Positions 1 through 6,565 of a stretch of DNA of 17,564 nucleotides are shown piece by piece. Below the pieces are notes generated by a model. The model did no database searches. It had not been told where the DNA came from and saw only the letters and a list, made by a program, of their open reading frames with translations. Within the stretch, counting starts at the first letter, position 1. Each line of letters opens with the position of its first letter. The position numbers and the translations under genes were made by a program. Origin of the DNA: Archangium sp. (GTDB lineage: Bacteria > Myxococcota > Myxococcia > Myxococcales > Myxococcaceae). The DNA lies in contig JANLPS010000211.1 in the NCBI GenBank assembly GCA_031367385.1, positions 1 through 17,564 of the forward strand, in the 5' to 3' direction.

Positions 1-110
1 CCGCCGGGTCAGCTGCCGTCGCTCAAAGGCGAGGTGGGAGTCGATGCGGATCAGCCCGTACCAGGGCGCAGCGCCGTATTTCTTCGCTTTCCCCAAGTGC
101 AGCTGGCAGC

Positions 111-563
111 GTGCGAAGCCCTGTGAGCGCACTCGTGCTGATGACACTGGTCTGCGCTGCGTCGCCGTTCGATGCGCCAGGTGCGCATTTGCTGACCCCC
201 GAGGAGCGCACGATTGACGCAACGCTGACTCGGCGCGACCGAATTGAGCGGCTGAGCTGGGAGGCGAGCACCATCGACACCAGCTGGCCGTCGTCAGCGT
301 TCGCGATGACCCTGGTCGGGGCGTCATTCGGCCCGTCGTTCACCCTGATCGGAGGCTTGTTGTTGGGGGTCGCGGCGGCGGCAGTGCCGGCGTTCTTGTT
401 GCCGGCGATCTTGATTTTGGTTGTCGGTGCGGCGGGAGATGCCGTCGTCGTGATTGGCGTGGTTCAGGGGCAGCGGGTGGCCGGTGAGCAGAGACAACGG
501 CGCGAGGCGCTGCTGCGCCAACGAGATGAGCTGATGCAGGGCGGGGTGTCGTTGCCGTTTTGA
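111..563 (+). CDS. Hypothetical membrane protein (signal-like N-terminus, hydrophobic hairpin, charged coiled-coil-like tail)
   Basis: 150-aa ORF with a hydrophobic N-terminus (ALVLMTLVCAASP), long hydrophobic segments (FTLIGGLLLGVAAAAV, FLLPAILILVVGAAG) and a charged helix (EQRQRREALLRQRDEL). It ends 19 bp from the convergent FHA gene. Start uncertain (GTG 111 or GTG 123). Confidence 0.7.
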   Translation: MRSPVSALVLMTLVCAASPFDAPGAHLLTPEERTIDATLTRRDRIERLSWEASTIDTSWPSSAFAMTLVGASFGPSFTLIGGLLLGVAAAAVPAFLLPAILILVVGAAGDAVVVIGVVQGQRVAGEQRQRREALLRQRDELMQGGVSLPF

Positions 564-582
564 GGCGGTGGCGACGACGGCC

Positions 583-1632
583 TCAGGCGATGGCTTCGAC
601 TTGCAGCGTCTGCTGCCCGATGCGCATGCGATCGCCAGCCTTCAACGCCCGCTCTCCTGAGATTCGCACGTAGGTGCCCAGGCCGCCCGAGAGGTCACGC
701 ACCATCGCGCCGGTCGGCATCGGAGCCACCTCACAGTGCCTCGGCGCCAAACCCTCATCATTGGTGAACGCGAAGTCGCACTTGCCCTGGCCAATCGTGA
801 GCACGGGGCCGGGCGTTGCGATGCAGCGACCGGGGCGATCACCCAGCAGCACTTCTTCAATCGCGTAGTGCACTTGCCCGTTGGGCAGTGGCGCGCCGTA
901 CACCTGCACGTCGACCCGGTTCCACGGTGGGGTGGGCTCGATGGCACCCACGTACCGAAACAACCGCAACCCGGTCGCGAACGACCCGCCCGCGGGTATG
1001 GTCTCTTGCCCGGCGATGCTCACGTACACGCCCGAAGTGCTGCTCTCGTCGCGAACGAGCAACTTGCCGTCGCGAATCAGCAACATCGCGTGCAACGGGC
1101 TGACGAACGGGTCTTCAGGAAAGAGAATGACGCCCTTGCTGCGGCCGATCTGCGCTCCGTTGGCGCCGAGGCGAAAGCGCTGACCGCGCGCAGGGCCGGC
1201 CAGCACGGTCAAGCCGAACTTCGGGCTCGCCGCCGCGGGAGCGGTGGGCTGCGGTTGGGCGGGAGCGGCCGCTGACTGAGAAGACTGAAAGGTGGGGCGA
1301 GCAGGGGTGCCCTTGAACGCACCGCTCGGCGTCGGCGGTTGGCCGAGCGGCTCGGGCGGCGCTGCATGGGGTACTGGTGTCGGCACGGCCGAGCGCCGCA
1401 GATTCGGTGGCGCCACGCTGCCAGCGGCCGCGGCGACCGCTGACTGCACCGACGAGCCGGTGCTGATCTGCGGCTGCGGCTGCATCGACGAGGGCGTCGA
1501 GGCCATCGAGGTCGGTTGTGCGGCGGCATCGGTTGCAGAACCACACGCCATGCAGCGCACGGCTCCGACGACATTCAGAAAATCGCAGCTCGGGCAGACA
1601 ACTCCGAGCGTTTTCGTCAGCAAAGCCGCCAT
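583..1632 (-). CDS. Zinc-ribbon + tandem FHA domain protein
   Basis: N-terminal CPSC-x10-CMAC, then a Pro/Ala/Ser/Gln-rich linker. FHA1 reads IGRS...VSPLHA...VRDESSTSGVYV and FHA2 reads TIGQG...LAPRHC...VRDLSGGLGTYV. Confidence 0.9.
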   Translation of the reverse strand: MAALLTKTLGVVCPSCDFLNVVGAVRCMACGSATDAAAQPTSMASTPSSMQPQPQISTGSSVQSAVAAAAGSVAPPNLRRSAVPTPVPHAAPPEPLGQPPTPSGAFKGTPARPTFQSSQSAAAPAQPQPTAPAAASPKFGLTVLAGPARGQRFRLGANGAQIGRSKGVILFPEDPFVSPLHAMLLIRDGKLLVRDESSTSGVYVSIAGQETIPAGGSFATGLRLFRYVGAIEPTPPWNRVDVQVYGAPLPNGQVHYAIEEVLLGDRPGRCIATPGPVLTIGQGKCDFAFTNDEGLAPRHCEVAPMPTGAMVRDLSGGLGTYVRISGERALKAGDRMRIGQQTLQVEAIA

Positions 1633-1653
1633 GGAAGTGGACGGATAGTTCGA

Positions 1654-1680
1654 TATTCCGACCTCTTACGCAACGGAATA
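1654..1680. promoter_or_regulatory. Inverted repeat TATTCCG-N13-CGGAATA between the divergent FHA and relA genes
   Basis: Perfect 7-bp inverted repeat at 1654-1660 and 1674-1680. The regulatory role is inferred from position only. Confidence 0.35.
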
Positions 1681-1696
1681 CTCGCCGACTGACGCA

Positions 1697-1724
1697 TTGC
1701 ACCAGGTTGCACGGCTGTTACGAT
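1697..1724 (+). promoter_or_regulatory. Putative sigma70-type promoter of relA
   Basis: TTGCAC (1697-1702), a 16-nt spacer, and an extended -10 TGt-TACGAT (hexamer 1719-1724), 8 nt before TTG 1733. Confidence 0.5.
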
Positions 1725-1732
1725 TCGCCAAG

Positions 1733-3943
1733 TTGATTCGCCTGAACGACATTCTGCAGCGTGTGTCTGGGTATCACCCTGACCCTGACCTTGACATCAT
1801 CAAGAAGGCCTACGTGTATTCGGCGAAGGTTCACCAGGGGCAGGTTCGCAAGTCAGGCGAGCCGTACCTGATTCACCCGCTCGAGGTCGCCGGCATTCTC
1901 GCGCAGCTGCGGCTCGATGAGGCGTCAATCGTCGCGGGCCTCTTGCACGACACCGTCGAAGACACCCTCGCCACCATCGAAGAGATTCGCGAGCTCTTCG
2001 GAGACGAAGTGGCGTTGATCGTCGACGGCGTCACCAAGCTCTCGAAGTTTTCGGCCTCGCAGCAGCTGAGCCAAGAAGAGAAACAAGCCGAGAACTTTCG
2101 AAAAATGCTGGTGGCCATGGCGCAAGACATTCGCGTCATTCTGGTCAAGCTCGCCGACCGCGTTCACAACATGCGAACGCTCGAGCACATGAGCGAAGAG
2201 AAGCAGGCGCGCATCGCGCAAGAGACGCTCGACATCTACTCGCCGCTCGCCAACCGCCTCGGCATCAGCTGGGTGAAGACCGAGCTCGAAGATCTCTCGT
2301 TTCGCTACACCAAGCCCAAAGAGTTTCAAGAGCTCGAGAACAAGGTCGCCCGAAAGAAAAAAGAGCGCGACAAGTTCATCGATGACGTCGTCTCGCTGAT
2401 CGAAAACAAGCTCAAAGACGCCGGCATACCCGGGCAGGTGTTTGGCCGGTTCAAGCACTTCTATTCAATCTACAAAAAGATGCGTTCGCAGGAGATCGAC
2501 TTCGAGCAAGTGCCCGATGTGATCGCCTTTCGCATTCTCACGACCGACGTGGCCCACTGCTACGCCGCGCTCGGCCTGATTCACCAGATGTGGAAGCCGG
2601 TGCCAGGCCGTTTCAAAGACTTCATCGCGATACCGAAGCCGAACATGTACCAGTCGCTGCACACCACGGTGATCGGGCCTTTGTCGGAGCGAATCGAAAT
2701 TCAGATTCGCACCCAAGAAATGCACAGCGTCGCCGAAGAAGGCATCGCGGCGCATTGGGCGTACAAAGAAGGCAAGAGCGCGATGACGCGCGACGATGAG
2801 AAGTTCGCCTGGCTGCGGCAGCTTCTCGAGTGGCAGCAAGACTTAAAAGACCCGAAAGAGTTCATCGACACCGTCAAGGTCGACCTCTTCACCGACGAGG
2901 TGTTCGTCTTCACGCCGAAGGGTGACGTGAAGAGCCTGCCGCGCGGGGCGACTCCGGTCGACTTCGCGTTCGCGATTCACTCTGACGTCGGTGCTCGGTG
3001 CGTGGGCGCGAAGGTGAACGGCAAGATCGTACCGCTGCGCTACAAGCTGAAGAACGGCGACCAGGTAGAGGTCTTGACCAGCCCCCAGGCCCACCCGTCG
3101 AAAGACTGGCTCACCTTCGTCAAGACCAGCCGGGCGCAGCAGCGCATTCGCGCGTTCATCAAAGAGCAGCAGCGCGACAAGAGCCTGCAGCTGGGCCGCG
3201 AGCTGACCGAGCGCGAGTTCAAGCGCTTCGGCTTGAATTTGAACAAGGTCCTCAGGGCCGGCGACCTGAAGCGGTACCTCGAGGGCTACGGCGTTCACTC
3301 CGAGGAGGAGCTGCTCATCGCGGTCGGCTACGGCAAAATTCAACCAAGCACGCTGGCCGAGCTGCTGGTGCCCGCCGAAAAGGTGCAAGAGGCGAAAGAA
3401 GCCAAAGAGGCTCAAGCCACCAACGGGCATGCGACCAACGGGTCTTCACCGAGCGGGTTGTTCTCGAGCGTGACCGAGCTCGCACGCAAGGTGGTTGGGC
3501 GCAAATCGACCGGCGGCGTCTCGGTCGGCGGCATCGACGACGTGCTGATTCGATTCGGGCGTTGCTGTAACCCCGTGCCGGGTGACGCCATCGTTGGCTT
3601 CATCACTCGCGGCCGGGGCGTGACCGTTCACACCGGCAACTGTGAAAAGGCCCGCGCGACCGACCCCGAGCGAAAAGTCGACGTGAGCTGGGACGTTCGG
3701 GGCGAGTTCAAGCGGCCCGTGACGCTCCGCGTGCTGACCGTCGATCGGCCGGGCTTGCTCGCCGACATCTCGCAGGCGTTCAGTAAGAAGGGTGTGAACA
3801 TCTCCCAGGCGAACTGCCGGGCGACCGGTGATGACCGGGCGGTGAACACCTTCGAGGTGACCATCTCTGACCTGAAGCAGCTTAATGATCTGATGCGCAG
3901 CATCGAGAAGCTGACCGGGGTGTTTTCGGTCGACCGCGTCTGA
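1733..3943 (+). CDS. relA: Bifunctional (p)ppGpp synthetase/hydrolase (long RSH, RelA/SpoT family)
   Basis: HD hydrolase motifs (RKSGEPYLIHP, LLHDTVED, KLADRVHNMRTL) and synthetase motifs (GRFKH, YQSLHTT, EIQIRT). C-terminal TGS (DEVFVFTPKG), Cys/zinc region (RCCNPVPGD) and ACT (DRPGLLADI). Start set at the in-frame TTG 1733 (MIRLNDIL) because TTG 1697 coincides with the likely -35 box. Confidence 0.97.
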   Translation: MIRLNDILQRVSGYHPDPDLDIIKKAYVYSAKVHQGQVRKSGEPYLIHPLEVAGILAQLRLDEASIVAGLLHDTVEDTLATIEEIRELFGDEVALIVDGVTKLSKFSASQQLSQEEKQAENFRKMLVAMAQDIRVILVKLADRVHNMRTLEHMSEEKQARIAQETLDIYSPLANRLGISWVKTELEDLSFRYTKPKEFQELENKVARKKKERDKFIDDVVSLIENKLKDAGIPGQVFGRFKHFYSIYKKMRSQEIDFEQVPDVIAFRILTTDVAHCYAALGLIHQMWKPVPGRFKDFIAIPKPNMYQSLHTTVIGPLSERIEIQIRTQEMHSVAEEGIAAHWAYKEGKSAMTRDDEKFAWLRQLLEWQQDLKDPKEFIDTVKVDLFTDEVFVFTPKGDVKSLPRGATPVDFAFAIHSDVGARCVGAKVNGKIVPLRYKLKNGDQVEVLTSPQAHPSKDWLTFVKTSRAQQRIRAFIKEQQRDKSLQLGRELTEREFKRFGLNLNKVLRAGDLKRYLEGYGVHSEEELLIAVGYGKIQPSTLAELLVPAEKVQEAKEAKEAQATNGHATNGSSPSGLFSSVTELARKVVGRKSTGGVSVGGIDDVLIRFGRCCNPVPGDAIVGFITRGRGVTVHTGNCEKARATDPERKVDVSWDVRGEFKRPVTLRVLTVDRPGLLADISQAFSKKGVNISQANCRATGDDRAVNTFEVTISDLKQLNDLMRSIEKLTGVFSVDRV

Positions 3944-3966
3944 AGCGCCGATGTCGTGATCACCAC

Positions 3967-3993
3967 GATACGTTCGGGCATCTGATACGTTCG
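3967..3993 (+). repeat. Direct repeat GATACGTTCG x2 in the relA-ridA spacer
   Basis: Identical 10-mers at 3967-3976 and 3984-3993, period 17. Confidence 0.6.
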
Positions 3994-4000
3994 TTTGCCT

Positions 4001-4387
4001 ATGACCCGACAGGTGATTCACACCGCGAACGCGCCAGCAGCCATCGGCCCGTATTCGCAGGCGATTTCGGTCACGAGCGGCAAGACGGTCTACTGCTCGG
4101 GGCAGATACCCCTCGACCCCAAGACGGGGCAGTTGGTCGAGGGCGATATTTCCCTCCACACCGAACGGGTGCTCGAGAACCTGAAGGCAGTGCTTACCGA
4201 ATCGGGCCTGGGGTTGGGCAACGTGGTGAGGTGCGGCATCTTTCTCACCGATCTCAACGACTTCGCGAAGGTGAACGAGGTCTACGGGCGCTACTTCAAA
4301 GAGGCGCCACCGGCTCGGTCGACGGTTCAGGTCTCTGCGCTGCCCAAAGGGGCGCGAGTTGAAATTGAAGCAATTGCAGTCGGTTGA
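4001..4387 (+). CDS. ridA: RidA (YjgF/YER057c/UK114) family reactive intermediate/imine deaminase
   Basis: Motifs APAAIGPYSQA, SGQIPLDP and PARSTVQVSALPKGARVEIEAIA, with the catalytic Arg present. ATG 4001 preferred over TTG 3995. Confidence 0.95.
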   Translation: MTRQVIHTANAPAAIGPYSQAISVTSGKTVYCSGQIPLDPKTGQLVEGDISLHTERVLENLKAVLTESGLGLGNVVRCGIFLTDLNDFAKVNEVYGRYFKEAPPARSTVQVSALPKGARVEIEAIAVG

Positions 4388-4424
4388 CCAATAGGCCGAA
4401 GGTCGACTGAAAACGGGGCACGTC

Positions 4425-5288
4425 ATGTCTTCGAAAAAGATTCTCACGCTGGCGATGGTCGTGTGCGCGTCGAGCGCATTCGCGCAGGCGCCAGCCAGCA
4501 GCACGTTTTCTCCACCGCCGCTGGTGCCGTCGAGCCCGCCTCCGCAGCCCGCACCTGAGCCGAATACGCCACCGGCCACGTTGGGGCCGAGCAACGCGCC
4601 GGTGAATTCGCAGGGCACGCCACCCCCGCCGTCACTGGTGCCGCCCAATACGTACGTGCCGGGTGGCAGCAGCGGGTATCAGTACTCGCCGTACGGGCAA
4701 CCGAAGGCGGTCGAGAAGCCGGGCCCCGAGATTGGGTTGATGGTCAGCGAGGGTTTGTTCGGCATGCTGACCGCCGCGGGCATCGTCGTGTTGCCGTACT
4801 TCTTGTTGTTCAGCGGCGCGTCGCTGCTCGGTGGCATCGATCACACGATTCGCGACATCGTGTTTATCGCGATCTTTGCAGCGGTTCCGCTGGCTGTCGC
4901 CCAGACGCAGGTGTCGCTCGCGAACGGCAGTCGACACTATTTCTCAGAGATGTGGCCAGCTGCACTCGTCGGTCTCGGCGGTCAGGCACTGGTGCTGTTG
5001 ATCTTTTGGGCAACCGGATGGTTGGGCAATGGTCAGGTCAGCGGAGGGGTGCCTCAAGGCGGAGGAAGTGTTGCTTTCCTCTTCATCGGAGCGATCGGGA
5101 TCGTGCCGTTGATGCAGATGGCACTCATCAATCTGGTCAAGCAGCCGAAGATGAAGTTCGCAGGCATCAACTACAAGCCGGGTGAGGGGTTGGCGCTGGG
5201 CCTGCCAATGCCGTCACCGCTGTTCGCTCAGACCACGCAGGGGCTGTCGATGGGCGTGCAGATTCCGTTCATCAATATGCAGTTCTGA
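4425..5288 (+). CDS. Hypothetical exported/membrane protein with Pro-rich N-terminal region
   Basis: Signal peptide (MSSKKILTLAMVVCASSAFA-Q), a Pro-rich tract of about 60 aa, and four hydrophobic segments. GGGG lies upstream of the ATG. Confidence 0.85.
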   Translation: MSSKKILTLAMVVCASSAFAQAPASSTFSPPPLVPSSPPPQPAPEPNTPPATLGPSNAPVNSQGTPPPPSLVPPNTYVPGGSSGYQYSPYGQPKAVEKPGPEIGLMVSEGLFGMLTAAGIVVLPYFLLFSGASLLGGIDHTIRDIVFIAIFAAVPLAVAQTQVSLANGSRHYFSEMWPAALVGLGGQALVLLIFWATGWLGNGQVSGGVPQGGGSVAFLFIGAIGIVPLMQMALINLVKQPKMKFAGINYKPGEGLALGLPMPSPLFAQTTQGLSMGVQIPFINMQF

Positions 5289-5319
5289 ACGGTTCGGGCT
5301 TTTGCACTGGCGAGCTGAT

Positions 5320-5349
5320 GGTCCTTCGAGTCCCTCAGGATAAACGGGG
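5320..5349. repeat. REP-like short imperfect hairpin, copy 1
   Basis: GGTCCTTCGAGTCCCTCAGGATAAACGGGG is 26/31 identical to 9609-9639. It has a TCCT...AGGA stem and lies between convergent genes. Confidence 0.65.
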
Positions 5350-5362
5350 GTACTCCCCGAGG

Positions 5363-6010
5363 TCAGAAGAGTCGATAGCCGAAGCCCAGGCGCAGGGCCC
5401 ACGCCGGGCGCACTTGTGTCGCTCCGAGCGGGGCTTTGAGCACGTCGACTCCGATTTCACCCATCGCGAGCACCGAGAGTCTGCCGCCGAGGTGGAACTC
5501 GGCGCCTGCGCCCACTTTGGGGTCGATGTGCACGCCGTTCACGTTGAGTGAAATCGCCCAGGGCACCTCGACGGTGAGCAACGCCTGCACCGTGTCAGAG
5601 ACCAGGTACGACGCCACGGCGCCCACTCGTGGCCGTAGGGCGACCGACGCGAAGTTGGCGCGGTCGTAGTAGACCGAGCCTGAGTTGAAATCGAGGCCGA
5701 GCCCCGCCGTCGCCGCGAAGTTGAGCCGGTCGCGTCGCATGATCGAGACGCGCGCGCCCACATCGAACAGGGTCGACAGCTCGAGGTAGTTGAAGCGCGC
5801 CTGCGCATCGAATTCGAGCAGGCTAAAGCCCTGCCGGTACCCAACGCCGATGTCGGGCGCTCCGAACATGCCCCAGAACGCCACCGTGCCCGCCGAGAGC
5901 GCGGCAGGTGCCATCGCACCTCCGACCACACGATCCATCGCGGGGGCGTAGTGGGTGGAGACCGAAGGCTCAGCCGCCAGAAGCATCAAGGTCAGTGCGT
6001 GAGTGATCAT
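5363..6010 (-). CDS. Probable small outer-membrane beta-barrel protein
   Basis: Short signal-like N-terminus (MITHALTLMLLAAEP), alternating amphipathic strands (DIGVGYRQG, KVGAGAEFH), and a C-terminal beta-signal-like LRLGFGYRLF ending in Phe. Confidence 0.75.
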   Translation of the reverse strand: MITHALTLMLLAAEPSVSTHYAPAMDRVVGGAMAPAALSAGTVAFWGMFGAPDIGVGYRQGFSLLEFDAQARFNYLELSTLFDVGARVSIMRRDRLNFAATAGLGLDFNSGSVYYDRANFASVALRPRVGAVASYLVSDTVQALLTVEVPWAISLNVNGVHIDPKVGAGAEFHLGGRLSVLAMGEIGVDVLKAPLGATQVRPAWALRLGFGYRLF

Positions 6011-6016
6011 GCGCGA

Positions 6017-6046
6017 ACCCTAGGCAGGTTTTTTGACCACCTCCAA
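6017..6046 (-). promoter_or_regulatory. Putative leaderless promoter of the beta-barrel gene
   Basis: The minus strand reads TTGGAG-N18-TAGGGT-N6-ATG, with no Shine-Dalgarno sequence before the ATG. Confidence 0.45.
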
Positions 6047-6067
6047 TTTTCGCTACAGCCTTGTTGA

Positions 6068-6481
6068 ATGACGACCGACCGACGAACCGAGACGCGAGCC
6101 CCCAGCACGCAGAGCCGCCGTCGGTACCCCCGCTTCAAGCTCGACGTCGACTGGTTCGTCGAGTCGTCGGGCTGCTCGACCCTCGGGCGCCGGTTGGAGA
6201 TCTCAGTGCGGGGCGCTCTGTTGCCGGTGACCTGCACGAGCCCCTTCACGCCAGAGGTCACGCTCTACATCTCGTTCGCGTCGCGCCCGAAGATGTTCAA
6301 GGCGCGGTGCTCAGCGGTGATGAAGCCGCACGGCTGGGTGCTGCGCTTCCACGAGGTCGCTCCCGATGACTTGCAGCTGCTCGGCAACACCTTGATCAGC
6401 GAATACGGCGTTCGCGCACTGCCGAACCTGACCCGGCGCTTCGGGCGCTTCACCGATTTGCCGACGCACGCGCTTCGCTAA
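6068..6481 (+). CDS. Stand-alone PilZ domain protein
   Basis: RxxxR motif (RRRYPR), a second motif EISVRG matching [D/N]xSxxG with Glu, and C-terminal GWVLRF. Confidence 0.85.
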   Translation: MTTDRRTETRAPSTQSRRRYPRFKLDVDWFVESSGCSTLGRRLEISVRGALLPVTCTSPFTPEVTLYISFASRPKMFKARCSAVMKPHGWVLRFHEVAPDDLQLLGNTLISEYGVRALPNLTRRFGRFTDLPTHALR

Positions 6482-6565
6482 GTCGTTGATTTGACTCTGG
6501 CTACCCCTGGTGTAGGCGGATGCAGTAGGAACTGTGTTCGCCGCACGCATTCGAAAGGCCGGACC

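Noticed and set aside
3446..4648. 400-aa minus-strand ORF and other long antisense ORFs (7420-8310, 8048-8842, 9359-10363, 13000-13722, 16925-17527)
   Set aside because: They overlap well-supported genes on the opposite strand and have no recognisable motifs. This is expected in high-GC DNA.
6491..6565. TTG 6491 start for the response regulator (likewise 1697 for relA, 9644 for ruvC, 11912 for the TPR gene)
   Set aside because: These are longest-ORF artefacts. The downstream starts match domain boundaries, and TTGACT at 6491 looks more like a -35 box, although its -10 partner is poor.
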